From: Moorena producens
GTDB taxonomy: Bacteria > Cyanobacteriota > Cyanobacteriia > Cyanobacteriales > Coleofasciculaceae
Direction: 5' to 3' (one strand)
DNA: 64,000 bases
NCBI RefSeq assembly: GCF_965240435.1
Contig: NZ_CBDEKO010000003.1
In this document: positions 22,182 to 31,984 of the stretch, piece by piece
How the letters are laid out: every line of letters starts with the position of its first letter
How positions within the stretch are numbered: the first letter of the stretch is position 1
Notes under the pieces: model-generated
The model's input: only the letters and a program-made list of their open reading frames with translations
Database searches by the model: none
What the model was told of the DNA's origin: nothing
Program-made: the position numbers and the translations under genes

Positions 22182-23108
22182 ATGAAGATTCAGGGAAAAA
22201 CGGCTCTGGTTACCGGAGCCTCACGTGGTATTGGCAGAGCGATCGCTCTGGAATTAGCCCAGCAAGGAATAAGACGCTTACTGTTGGTGGCGCGAAATCG
22301 CCAACGTTTAGCAGAAGTGGCGGCTGAGATTGAACGACAAGGGGTACTAGTTGTGACGCTCGTCTTAGATCTCACCCAAATAGTAGGAGTCAATATTGCA
22401 ATCGCACGAGCTTGGCGAAGTTACGGACCAATTGATTTGTTGGTTAACTGTGCTGGCGTTGCTCATCAAGCTCCTTTTCTAGAATCCAAACTGCAAAACT
22501 TACAGGAAGAAATCGCCACGAATTTGATCGGTATGTACACGATGACTCGTCTAATTGGGCGACGCATGGCAGCACGACGAGAAGGCACTATTGTCAATGT
22601 TTCTAGTTTGATGGGTAAGGTGGCAGCCCCGACGATGGCAAGCTATTCCGCTACCAAATTTGGGATTGTTGGTTTTACTCAAGCGTTACGGGGAGAGTTA
22701 GCGCGAGAAAATATCCGGGTAATCGCTTTACTGCCATCGTTAACAGATACTGATATGGCGCGAGGATTACACTTGTTTCGCTGGGTCTTGCCGATGACTC
22801 CCCAACAAGTCGCTAAGGTACTAGTCGCCAAACTGGAGAAGAACTCATCGGAAATTTTAGTGGGATGGCAAAGTCATTTAGCTATATGGTGTCAGCGTTT
22901 CTTTCCTTCGCTATTGGAGAAAGTGTTACGGATTGTAGCTCCTTTATCTAGAAGTAAAAGTTTTGGAGAAATAGCAAACAGGCAACAGGCAACAAGCAAC
23001 AGGAAAGGATTTTGGAGAATAGTTTTAGATTTTGGCTTCTTTAGGTCTAATATACAAACGTTTGATAAAGGGTTTGATCAAGGTTTGAAAGACAAGTTTC
23101 CTGATTAA
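22182..23108 (+). CDS. short-chain dehydrogenase/reductase (SDR) family oxidoreductase
   Basis: TALVTGASRGIGRAIA (TGxxxGxG), ...NCAG..., catalytic YSATK. Confidence 0.85.
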   Translation: MKIQGKTALVTGASRGIGRAIALELAQQGIRRLLLVARNRQRLAEVAAEIERQGVLVVTLVLDLTQIVGVNIAIARAWRSYGPIDLLVNCAGVAHQAPFLESKLQNLQEEIATNLIGMYTMTRLIGRRMAARREGTIVNVSSLMGKVAAPTMASYSATKFGIVGFTQALRGELARENIRVIALLPSLTDTDMARGLHLFRWVLPMTPQQVAKVLVAKLEKNSSEILVGWQSHLAIWCQRFFPSLLEKVLRIVAPLSRSKSFGEIANRQQATSNRKGFWRIVLDFGFFRSNIQTFDKGFDQGLKDKFPD

Positions 23109-23737
23109 TCTTTCCGATTTGAACAGGACTTAGACAGCCTACAGATAGATTGGCTGCCTAAGTCTTGTGTAAGCTGATAGCTGACGGCACCTCAAGTAGC
23201 ACCTCAAGTAGCGCATATGCTTACTGTTATTTATGTTGGGTTAGAGTGCTGCGATTTGAGTTGATATAAACCGAAATTTTGTCAAGTCTTTGTATAAAAA
23301 ATTTATCTAACCACAATAAAATATGTGAACAAGTTTTTGCGATTGTTATAGCGGAGTTGACAGTCAAGCAACTGTCAATTATCAACAAAAATACTAGTGA
23401 TATCGGATCAAGTTTACTACTTATGGTATTGGTTAACTATATATAAATAGAAAACAATTATATATAGATGTAGAGTTAAGAATTTGTAAATAAATGTAAC
23501 TTTAATAAAAAAGTGCAAATTTGTAATGATATGATTTAACCTGTCTTTCAAAAGAAAGACAGTTGTTATAAATGATGAATGATAAAAATTGGATTCTGTA
23601 TTTTTAGGATACTCTACTTATACTCAATTTGATTTTTTCCGTGAAGGGAAACTCGGTCAGCTGTTATGCATTTAAACGGTGATAACAGCATCAGCTGTGT
23701 TTTTAAGGGGTGCATCTCCTAAAATCTGTTTGACCCA

Positions 23738-24229
23738 GTGGATGGAACGGGCAAGATGCCCATTCCACAAATTGTAACGGGCAAGATGCCCATTCCACAA
23801 ATTGTAACGGGCAAGATGCCTATTCCACAGATTGGAACGGGCAAGATGCCTATTCCACAGATTGGAACCAGCAAGATGCCCATTCCACAAATTGTAACGG
23901 GCAAGATGCCCATTCCACAAATTGTAACGGGCAAGATGCCCATTCCACAAATTGTAACGGGCAAGATGCCCATTCCACAGATTGGAACGGGCAAGATGCC
24001 TATTCCACAGATTGGAACGGGCAAGATGCCTATTCCACAGATTGGAACCAGCAAGATGCCTATTCCACAGATTGGAACCAGCAAGATGCCTATTCCACAG
24101 ATTGGAACCAGCAAGATGCCTATTTCACAGATTGGAACCAGCAAGATGCCTATTTCACAGATTGGAACGGGCAAGATGCCCATTCCACAGATTGTAACGG
24201 GCAAGATGCCCATTCCACAAAACTATTAA
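23738..24229. repeat. 30-bp tandem repeat (ACGGGCAAGATGCCCATTCCACAAATTGTA) x~16, immediately upstream of amidinotransferase gene
   Basis: Direct reading; unit contains small hairpin GGGCA-aga-TGCCC. Period divisible by 3 so all six frames are open (ORF-track ORFs 23672..23950, 23719..24213, 23738..24229, 23982..24197 are artefacts). No spacers, so not CRISPR. Confidence 0.95.
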
Positions 24230-24293
24230 AATCATCCCGCATTTAGGCAACGCCCAAAATTTAGCTAGTACGTTATAGATAAGGAGATCAGAA

Positions 24294-25439
24294 ATGTCCG
24301 AAAAAATTGTTAATTCCTGGAATGAATGGGATGAATTGGAAGAAATGGTGGTAGGAATTGCAGACTACGCTAGCTTTGAACCAAAAGAACCAGGGAATCA
24401 TCCGAAATTAAGAGATCAGAATTTAGCGGAAATCATTCCTTTCCCCAGTGGACCTAAAGACCCTAAAGTCCTTGAAAAAGCTAATGAAGAATTAAATGGA
24501 CTGGCTTATTTATTAAAAGACCACGATGTGATAGTAAGAAGACCAGAAAAATTTGATTTTACCAAATCCATAAAAACCCCTTACTTTGAAGTTGCTAATC
24601 AATACTGTGGAGTCTGTCCTCGGGATGTCATGATTACCTTTGGTAATGAAATTATGGAAGCAACTATGTCGAAGAGAGCTAGATTTTTTGAATACTTACC
24701 TTACCGGAAATTAGTTTATGAATATTGGAATAAAGACGACCATATGATTTGGAATGCTGCGCCTAAACCGACTATGCAGGATAGTATGTATCTAGAGACT
24801 TTCTGGGAGCTGTCTTTAGAAGAACGATTTAAGCGTATGCATGATTTTGAATTTTGTATTACACAAGATGAAGTAATTTTTGATGCGGCTGACTGTAGCA
24901 GATTAGGAAAGGATATATTAGTTCAGGAATCGATGACAACAAATAGAACAGGAATTCGGTGGTTAAAAAAGCACCTAGAACCAAGAGGATTTCGGGTTCA
25001 CCCTGTTCATTTTCCCCTTGATTTTTTCCCCTCCCACATTGACTGTACGTTTGTTCCTTTGCGACCAGGTCTTATTTTGACAAACCCTGAAAGACCTATA
25101 CGGGAAGAGGAGGAGAAGATTTTTAAAGACAATGGCTGGGAGTTGATCACAGTTCCTCAACCGACTTGCTCGAATGATGAAATGCCAATGTTTTGCCAGT
25201 CCAGTAAGTGGTTGTCAATGAATGTTCTGAGTATATCACCGACAAAGGTTATCTGTGAGGAAAGAGAAAAACCTCTCCAAGAATTGTTGGATAAACATGG
25301 ATTTGAGGTTTTTCCTTTACCCTTTAGACATGTCTTTGAATTTGGGGGGTCTTTTCATTGTGCAACTTGGGATATTCGCCGAAAAGGTGAGTGTGAAGAT
25401 TATTTTCCCAATTTAAATTATCAACCGATTTGTGGTTAA
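24294..25439 (+). CDS. amidinotransferase, glycine amidinotransferase (AGAT)-like
   Basis: 381 aa; closely parallels vertebrate AGAT along its length from memory: SWNEWDELEEMVVG (vs SYNEWDPLEEVIVG), ...ARFFEY..., ...SSKWLSMNVL..., C-terminal GGSFHCATWDIRRKG retaining the catalytic Cys of the FHC motif. Confidence 0.85.
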   Translation: MSEKIVNSWNEWDELEEMVVGIADYASFEPKEPGNHPKLRDQNLAEIIPFPSGPKDPKVLEKANEELNGLAYLLKDHDVIVRRPEKFDFTKSIKTPYFEVANQYCGVCPRDVMITFGNEIMEATMSKRARFFEYLPYRKLVYEYWNKDDHMIWNAAPKPTMQDSMYLETFWELSLEERFKRMHDFEFCITQDEVIFDAADCSRLGKDILVQESMTTNRTGIRWLKKHLEPRGFRVHPVHFPLDFFPSHIDCTFVPLRPGLILTNPERPIREEEEKIFKDNGWELITVPQPTCSNDEMPMFCQSSKWLSMNVLSISPTKVICEEREKPLQELLDKHGFEVFPLPFRHVFEFGGSFHCATWDIRRKGECEDYFPNLNYQPICG

Positions 25440-25487
25440 AAACTAACAATAGTAATTACAAGTTAAGAGGGTCAATAGGTCAAGACT

Positions 25488-26186
25488 ATGAATTTTGAAA
25501 GCGGTTATCAAGGGTTAAAATCAAGCGCGGATCCCCAACGATGGTCTGCTCAAAAAGAATTGCTAACGGATGAAAAATTGGTGATCGAAGGACATCCGGT
25601 TATGGAACGTTGGGAAACCCCTTATATGGGGGCTTTTGCGGCGTTAGTCACTCGCCATGGTGGTCGGATCTTAGAATGTGGCTTTGGCTTGGGAATATCG
25701 GCTCATGCTATTCAGTCTTATGCTCCAGAAGAACATGTGATTATAGAAGCCAATGACGATGTTTTTAAACGATTGATTGAGTTCCAAAACAGTGCAGTTA
25801 ATCAAGTAACCCCTATCTTGGGCTTAGCATGTGATGTCTTAGAATCATTTAATGATCAATCATTTGATGGTATTTTCTATGATACTTATCCTTTGAATGC
25901 AGATGAACAACACACCCACCAATTTCCATTTATCAAAAAGGTTTATCCCCTGCTTAAGAAGGGTGGAATTTTAAGCTATTGTAATTTGACGTCAACAGGA
26001 GTTCTCAAGAATAGATACGATTCCTGGGAAGCTCTTTTCAATGAAACTCAAGTTCCTTATCTTATTGAAGCAGGTGTTCCAGAAAACGATATTAAAGGTA
26101 TCATTATCTTTAAAGTTTCTCCACCTACCGATTGTTTATACTTTCAACACAAGACAGCTATGATTCCCATTATTGTCAAAGAGTAA
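25488..26186 (+). CDS. guanidinoacetate N-methyltransferase (GAMT)-like SAM-dependent methyltransferase
   Basis: 232 aa; HPVMERWETPYMGAFAA (vs KPVMERWETPYMHALAA in GAMT), ILECGFGLGI SAM-binding loop, DGIFYDTYPLNADEQHTHQFPFIK (vs [24 protein letters not shown]), ...YCNLTS..., ...ETQVPYLIEAG... Confidence 0.85.
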   Translation: MNFESGYQGLKSSADPQRWSAQKELLTDEKLVIEGHPVMERWETPYMGAFAALVTRHGGRILECGFGLGISAHAIQSYAPEEHVIIEANDDVFKRLIEFQNSAVNQVTPILGLACDVLESFNDQSFDGIFYDTYPLNADEQHTHQFPFIKKVYPLLKKGGILSYCNLTSTGVLKNRYDSWEALFNETQVPYLIEAGVPENDIKGIIIFKVSPPTDCLYFQHKTAMIPIIVKE

Positions 26187-26255
26187 GTGTAAGCATTCAG
26201 CAGTCAGCCGTCAGCCGTCAGCTAATTTGATTCAAAAGCACCTCAAGTAGCGTGG

Positions 26256-26274
26256 CACAGGCTTCTAGCCTGTG
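26256..26274. terminator. hairpin CACAGGCttctaGCCTGTG between convergent GAMT-like and acs genes (candidate bidirectional terminator)
   Basis: 7-bp perfect stem; similar hairpin CACAGGCttccaGCCTGTG at ~34835-34855. Confidence 0.3.
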
Positions 26275-26328
26275 AGGTAACCCATAAGCTGATGGCTGAT
26301 AGCTGACTATTTACGTTAAGCGTGCTTT

Positions 26329-28299
26329 TCAAGCCCCTTCCCGTAACTTATCCAAAACACTGCGGTCTTCTAGAGTGGAGGTATCTCCAGCAACCTCTTG
26401 ACCTGCAGCTAGCGATCGCAATAGCCGACGCATAATTTTACCGGAACGAGTCTTGGGCAAAGCATCAGTAAAGCGAATGTCACCAGGACGTGCGATCGCA
26501 CCAATTTCTTTGACTACGTGCTGCTTTAGTTCTTGCTTGAGTTCGTCACTAGCGCTATAACTGCCTTCTAAGGTCACAAAGGCAAAGACATCTTCCCCTT
26601 TTACCTCATCAGGTTTACCGACTACAGCGGCTTCAGCTACAGAAGGATGAGAAACCAGTGCTGACTCCACTTCCATGGTTCCTAAGCGGTGACCAGAGAT
26701 ATTCAACACATCATCCACACGACCCATAACCCAGAAATAACCATTGGGGTCTTTTCTGGCACCATCTCCAGCAAAATAGAAGTATTGGCCATCTTTTGGC
26801 TGAATGTGTTCCCAATAGGTGCGGCGGAAACGGTCATCATCCCCATAGACAGTACGGATCATACTTGGCCAAGGATGTTTGATAACTAAATAACCACCAT
26901 CATTCTCCCCAACTGGATTGCCGTCTAAATCTACAATATCAGCAATAATGCCTGGGAAGGGGAAAGTAGCCGAACCGGGTTTAGTAGGAGTAGCACCAGG
27001 TAAGGGGGTGAGCATGAAGCCACCGGTTTCAGTTTGCCACCACGTATCGACAATGGGACAACGTTCTCCCCCAATCACCCGATGGTACCACATCCAGGCT
27101 TCTGGGTTAATCGGTTCACCCACAGTTCCTAAGATACGTAGGGACGATAAATCACGGGCGTTGGGATGCTGGTCTCCCATCTTAATAAAGGCACGAATAG
27201 CAGTGGGAGCAGTGTAGAAGATAGTGACTCCATATTTTTCTACCACATCCCACAAGCAACCGGGATTGGAAGGACGGGGAGCCCCTTCGTACATCAGGCT
27301 AGTAGCACCATTGGACAATGGACCATAGACAATGTAACTGTGTCCCGTAATCCAGCCGACATCAGCAGTACACCAGTAGACATCGGTCTCTTTGAGGTCA
27401 AAGGTCCACTTGGTAGTCATGTGGGTGTAGAGGTTATAGCCACCAGTAGTGTGAACGACCCCTTTCGGTTTACCGGTGGTACCGCTAGTGTAGAGAATGA
27501 AGAGCATATCTTCACTATCCATGGGTTCCGCTGGACAATCAGCAGATGCTCCCGGTTGCAAGTCATGCCACCAGTGGTCTCGTTCTGGTTCCATGTCAAT
27601 CCCTTGCTTGGTGCGTTCTACCACTAGGACGTTTTCTACTGTAGGTGCGCCATTATTCTCTAGGGCTTTATCAACTTGAATCTTGAGAGGAACAATCTTG
27701 TCTTTGCGCCAGCCCCCATCAGCAGTAATTACTAATTTAGCTTGAGCATCTACCAGTCGGTCTTTGAGGGCTTCTGCACTAAAGCCACCAAAAACAACGG
27801 TGTGGGGAGCACCAATTCTAGCACAGGCTAGCATGGCAATAGCAGCTTCGGGAATCATGGGCATATAAATGCCAACGCGATCGCCTTTTTTCACTCCCAG
27901 TTGTTTGATCACATTTGCCATCTGGCAAACTTCCCGGTGTAACTGGGCATAGGTTAGGGTGCGGGAGTCTCCCGGTTCCCCTTCCCAAATCAGGGCAGCT
28001 TTATTCCGACGCCAGGTAGTCAGGTGTCTGTCAAGACAGTTGTAAGAAATATTAATCTTGCCACCAACAAACCATTTGGCAAAGGGGGGTTGCCAATCTA
28101 ATACGGTATGCCACTTTTGAAACCAGTCAAGTTCTTGTTCGGCAAGCTGAGCCCAAAACCCTTCGGGGTCAGCTTTGGCTTGTTCATAAAGTTGCTGATA
28201 CTCCGCCATGCTCTTAATCTGGGCATTCTCGGCAAAGTCAGCCGGTGGCGGGAACAGCCGTTCTTCTTGAAGGATTGATTCTATAGTTGGTTGTGACAT
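26329..28299 (-). CDS. acs: acetyl-coenzyme A synthetase
   Basis: 656 aa; ...[12 protein letters not shown]... AMP-binding motif, ...WWQTETGG..., C-terminal ...RSGKIMRR... Confidence 0.95.
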   Translation of the reverse strand: MSQPTIESILQEERLFPPPADFAENAQIKSMAEYQQLYEQAKADPEGFWAQLAEQELDWFQKWHTVLDWQPPFAKWFVGGKINISYNCLDRHLTTWRRNKAALIWEGEPGDSRTLTYAQLHREVCQMANVIKQLGVKKGDRVGIYMPMIPEAAIAMLACARIGAPHTVVFGGFSAEALKDRLVDAQAKLVITADGGWRKDKIVPLKIQVDKALENNGAPTVENVLVVERTKQGIDMEPERDHWWHDLQPGASADCPAEPMDSEDMLFILYTSGTTGKPKGVVHTTGGYNLYTHMTTKWTFDLKETDVYWCTADVGWITGHSYIVYGPLSNGATSLMYEGAPRPSNPGCLWDVVEKYGVTIFYTAPTAIRAFIKMGDQHPNARDLSSLRILGTVGEPINPEAWMWYHRVIGGERCPIVDTWWQTETGGFMLTPLPGATPTKPGSATFPFPGIIADIVDLDGNPVGENDGGYLVIKHPWPSMIRTVYGDDDRFRRTYWEHIQPKDGQYFYFAGDGARKDPNGYFWVMGRVDDVLNISGHRLGTMEVESALVSHPSVAEAAVVGKPDEVKGEDVFAFVTLEGSYSASDELKQELKQHVVKEIGAIARPGDIRFTDALPKTRSGKIMRRLLRSLAAGQEVAGDTSTLEDRSVLDKLREGA

Positions 28300-28464
28300 A
28301 GTTATCGGAAAATTTCTAATTAGGTAGTCTAGACCTAGCCAAGGCTAAGTCTAGCAATCAAGCCCTATTAAATAGGGATAATACGGTATTTAATAGTATA
28401 AACCCGACATTGACAATTCTCTAGCACTAGGGTACTATTAAAGTATAGGATTCACACAGCAGCA

Positions 28465-29937
28465 ATGCCTATGAAAGTAGGAGCAACTAAAAAAATATCG
28501 ACTCAAATCGTCCTTGTCATCGGTATGACAAAGGTGGTTGAGACAGAGTTGCTGTCTACAATGAAAAAGTTGGGCATTGTCAGATCTGAGTCTTACAACA
28601 AACTGGGAAGCATCAACTACTGGAACCTTGACTGGAAAAAAGCTATTCCAGAAGTAAAAAGTTTTAGAACTCCAGATACTCTGGGATTACCTGCAAAATT
28701 AATGGACTGGACCGTTAATGACGTAGGTAAGGCTATTACAGCCCAACAAGCAGCTTGTAAAGATGCGGTTATTAAAAAGATTTACAAAAGATTTCCAGGA
28801 AAAGAAAATAAAAACAAACGGAAGGAATATGTCACGCAACTTAAGACTTCGGCATTCCTGGAGAATTCTTTACTGCACAGACTTGTTAGAAAAGAATTTC
28901 AAAAAGGTCATTCTTGGGTTAAGAATCAGATAGTTTACCAGCAAGTTGGCTACAAGTGTAAAAGACTTTCGCGGAACACTTGGCAACTGGAACTAGCTGG
29001 ATTAACAAAGGGAAAAAGGAATAAAATAATTGTCAAATCTAATCGAAAAATCAAAGGACAGATTAGATTAATCTATGATCAAATATTGCAAAGATTTGAA
29101 ATTCACTTTTTGGTAGACCATGGTACCGTAGAAGTTCCATCTGAACGTCGAAGTATCGGGGTGGACAAAGGTTACACCGAAGCTTTTTATGACTCAGAGG
29201 GTCAGGCTTACGGTACAGGACTTGGAAAAATAATCACCAAAAAATCCGATCGTATATGTGCTAAAAACCGCAATAGAGGAAAACTGTGGGCACTTCACAG
29301 AAAGCTAGAAAAGTTAGATCCAGCAAAGTCGGCTAGAATACTAAAAAATAACCTAAGTAGGAAAACCGAAAATCGCCGTTACAGACAAAATCAATCAGAA
29401 CTAACCGCAAAAATAGGAGCGGCTTCTAAATCTCTCTTTAACGGGGAGTCATTAAAAGTATTTGCAGAAGATTTAACTCAACCGATACGAAACAAACGCC
29501 GATCCAAGACCGTGTCCCGCAAACTTAATAGTTGGATGAAAGGAGTGATGCGGGACTCTTTGCAGAAATGGGCTAATTGGACTGGTTCGGTTGTCACAGA
29601 AGTTCAACCTAGTTACACGTCGCAAATTGACTCTAGAACCGGAACCCTGTTGGGTAAAAGGACTGGGGACAATTTTACCGGATTTGATGGGGTCGTGTTG
29701 CAGGCTGATTATAATGCTGCCAAAAATATTCTTGCTCGTGGGACTGATCACGAAATTACTCGGTACATGAACAAGAACGAGGTACAGGCAGTCTTGTTGC
29801 GTCGTACCGCGCGTTACTTGGAAGGGATGGGACTAAGTTTGGTTGATGGGGTTGAGCTAGGTTGGATTGATCCCAAACATAGCAAAACTAAGGCTTTCAA
29901 GCAACTCCTGGTCGAGATGCCAGGAGCGCCCAAATAG
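28465..29937 (+). CDS. tnpB: TnpB-like (IS200/IS605-family OrfB) RuvC-fold nuclease; solitary, no tnpA; zinc-finger apparently absent
   Basis: RuvC-I ...IGVDKGYT..., RuvC-II ...VFAEDLTQ..., RuvC-III ...QADYNAAKNI...; no CxxC pairs between RuvC-II and RuvC-III; N-terminal start uncertain (several in-frame Met). Confidence 0.65.
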   Translation: MPMKVGATKKISTQIVLVIGMTKVVETELLSTMKKLGIVRSESYNKLGSINYWNLDWKKAIPEVKSFRTPDTLGLPAKLMDWTVNDVGKAITAQQAACKDAVIKKIYKRFPGKENKNKRKEYVTQLKTSAFLENSLLHRLVRKEFQKGHSWVKNQIVYQQVGYKCKRLSRNTWQLELAGLTKGKRNKIIVKSNRKIKGQIRLIYDQILQRFEIHFLVDHGTVEVPSERRSIGVDKGYTEAFYDSEGQAYGTGLGKIITKKSDRICAKNRNRGKLWALHRKLEKLDPAKSARILKNNLSRKTENRRYRQNQSELTAKIGAASKSLFNGESLKVFAEDLTQPIRNKRRSKTVSRKLNSWMKGVMRDSLQKWANWTGSVVTEVQPSYTSQIDSRTGTLLGKRTGDNFTGFDGVVLQADYNAAKNILARGTDHEITRYMNKNEVQAVLLRRTARYLEGMGLSLVDGVELGWIDPKHSKTKAFKQLLVEMPGAPK

Positions 29938-30208
29938 ACAGGTGGGAGGCTTAACTCCAATTGCCGCTTGACCACTTCTCACTTGGGCCACAATAAATTG
30001 CACCTTGACCGATTTATACGGGTTGATCCCGATTAATGACGGTTTAAGAGTATCTCTAATCAAACCATACTGAACACGTCACCCAGTTTGGCATATCCTT
30101 GGATTTCTTTAATTTCTGGTTTGTTACTACTGCTCCCTACTCCCTGCTCCCTGCTCCCTCAAACCAACTGCTAGTAAGTACCTCACCCAATTTCAAACTG
30201 CTATAGTT

Positions 30209-30748
30209 ATGTCAAGAAAAGTAGAAGTTGTTCCCCATGACCCGCAGTGGCGAGATGAATTTGAAGGTGAATCAAAGCAGATTGCTCTTGCCGTCGGCGA
30301 CAACTTAGTTGCTATACACCATATTGGCAGTACATCTATTCCAGAACTAGACGCTAAACCGATTATTGATATTTTGGTTGAAGTCAAAGACATTACCAAA
30401 GTCGATGAAAATAGTTCAGGAATGGAGACAATAGGCTATGAAGGAATGGGTGAATACGGCATACCAGGTCGTCGTTATTTCCGCAAACATAATCAACTAG
30501 GAATCAGAACACATCATGTTCATATGTTTGAGGTTAATTCCCTACAGGTAGAGCGTCACTTAGCTTTTCGAGATTATATGATAGCCCATCCTAATGATGC
30601 CCATAAATACGGTAAAATTAAGCGAGAACTTGCTAAAAAATATCCAGACAATATTGAAGCCTATATGGATGGAAAAGATGGGTTCATCAAAGAGATGGAT
30701 CGAAAAGCAGCAGAGTGGCGCAGAGGGTCAATAGGCAATAGGCAATAG
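30209..30748 (+). CDS. GrpB-family protein (nucleotidyltransferase-like)
   Basis: ...[25 protein letters not shown]...; C-terminal residues IGNRQ* are encoded by the AATAGGC heptamer array. Confidence 0.8.
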   Translation: MSRKVEVVPHDPQWRDEFEGESKQIALAVGDNLVAIHHIGSTSIPELDAKPIIDILVEVKDITKVDENSSGMETIGYEGMGEYGIPGRRYFRKHNQLGIRTHHVHMFEVNSLQVERHLAFRDYMIAHPNDAHKYGKIKRELAKKYPDNIEAYMDGKDGFIKEMDRKAAEWRRGSIGNRQ

Positions 30749-30800
30749 GCAATAGGCAATAGGCAATAGGCAATAGGCAATAGGCAATAGGCAATAGGCA
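30724..30800. repeat. AATAGGC heptamer array x~11 overlapping the 3' end of the GrpB-family gene
   Basis: Direct reading. Confidence 0.95.
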
Positions 30801-30889
30801 ATAGGCAATAGTTAATCGACTTAACCCTTAAACCTACCCTACACCGAACCCCAAAGGCGAACAACCTTGGTCTTTCGGCCACGCGATCG

Positions 30890-31085
30890 CGTTCAACCTT
30901 CAACCTTCAACAACCTTCAACCTTCAACCTTCAACCTTCAACAACCTTCAACCTTCAACCTTCAACAACCTTCAAAAACCTTCAACCTTCAACCTTCAAC
31001 AACCTTCAACAATCTTCAACCTTCAACAACCTTCAACCTTCAACAATCTTCAACCTTCAACAACCTTCAACCTTCAACAACCTTG
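30890..31085. repeat. CCTTCAA(C)-type heptamer arrays
   Basis: Direct reading; produce artefactual ORFs 30661..30903, 30867..31169. Confidence 0.9.
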
Positions 31086-31304
31086 GAGAACAATCGCTCC
31101 AATACTTCTTTCGGAATTGTCTCAAAATCTTCCAACAAGAAATCCATAATGGCCAGATGGCGCAAGTGACCAGGAGTGGGAGGGTAACAGCGACGACTGG
31201 TGTTAAACCAGTGCGATCGCTTATCTTGTCAGGTGCGTTAACCAAGTGTAACGCACCTCTTTAACTATCAGTGTGTTCCCGTAGCGTGGCCATAGGCCAA
31301 TCGC

Positions 31305-31682
31305 TTATCCTAGGGTTAACACTCCCATGGTAAAATCTACAACTAAACGCTTTGTTCGTAACCACAAAACACCTAAAAGACTATTCACCAGTTCATCTCC
31401 TCCTAACACTTCAACCGTAAACTCCTCTTCCTCAATAACCACCTTTCCCTCATATAAATTAAACCGTGCTTCTCCCTGGGCTGTTTGCATATCCTGTGGT
31501 TCATTATTACGCACCCACCCTAAACTCTCAGCATCTTGATTATCAATAGCTAACCAACCTGTAAACCCTGTATCTAACAGTGCCATAACGGTAAAAACCT
31601 CCCGATCAGCAGACATCAAGCCAATTTCAAAAAATAACTCCCCGAACCTATTAAATTCACCTTGGATCATATTGTTCCACAA
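31305..31682 (-). CDS. retropepsin-like (clan AA) aspartic protease
   Basis: 125 aa; ...VMALLDTGFTGWLAI... D-T-G active-site motif in the usual hydrophobic context. Confidence 0.65.
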   Translation of the reverse strand: MWNNMIQGEFNRFGELFFEIGLMSADREVFTVMALLDTGFTGWLAIDNQDAESLGWVRNNEPQDMQTAQGEARFNLYEGKVVIEEEEFTVEVLGGDELVNSLLGVLWLRTKRLVVDFTMGVLTLG

Positions 31683-31984
31683 GTTCCCGTTTCATTAATT
31701 TGCATAATAATACACTTTTTCCCTGGATGTTTAGAACGGGATTTGGAAAGTGCTACATTTTTATCTTGATCAATAAAATACTCCCCACTATCAGGTTCAA
31801 TAATAATAAACCAATCATAATGTTCTTGAATTAATTCTGGTTGTACTCGCTCAAAGACTTCTCGACAACGCTTATAAAACACTGCATCTTCTGCTTTAAT
31901 TCTGGCTTTTTCTTCAGGAGACAGTCGTTTCTCCGGAAAAACCCGTCCTCGCCTTACAGTGTGATGGGAAGATGATGGTGTCAT
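31667..31984 (-). CDS. hypothetical protein, 16-nt overlap with downstream aspartic protease gene (likely co-translated pair)
   Basis: 105 aa ORF, no recognised motif; overlap suggests operon. Confidence 0.4.
   Translation of the reverse strand: MTPSSSHHTVRRGRVFPEKRLSPEEKARIKAEDAVFYKRCREVFERVQPELIQEHYDWFIIIEPDSGEYFIDQDKNVALSKSRSKHPGKKCIIMQINETGTCGTI

Noticed and set aside
23560-23737. Guanidine riboswitch (ykkC / mini-ykkC / ykkC-III) in the leader of the AGAT/GAMT pair
   Set aside because: Looked for paired ACGR-loop hairpins and the ykkC-III ACGR/GGAC core; only a weak CAGCTGTTAT / ATAACAGC inverted repeat is present. Not supportable without a covariance-model scan.
23672-24229. ORF-track ORFs on both strands (92-164 aa, for example MGILPVTICG..., MDGTGKMPIPQIV...) and the idea of a CRISPR array
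   Set aside because: They are products of a perfect 30-bp (3n) tandem repeat that is open in all six frames. Direct repeats are contiguous with no spacers, so it is not CRISPR.
30661-31245. ORFs 30661..30903, 30867..31169, 31057..31245
   Set aside because: Read through AATAGGC and CCTTCAAC arrays; repetitive low-complexity translations.
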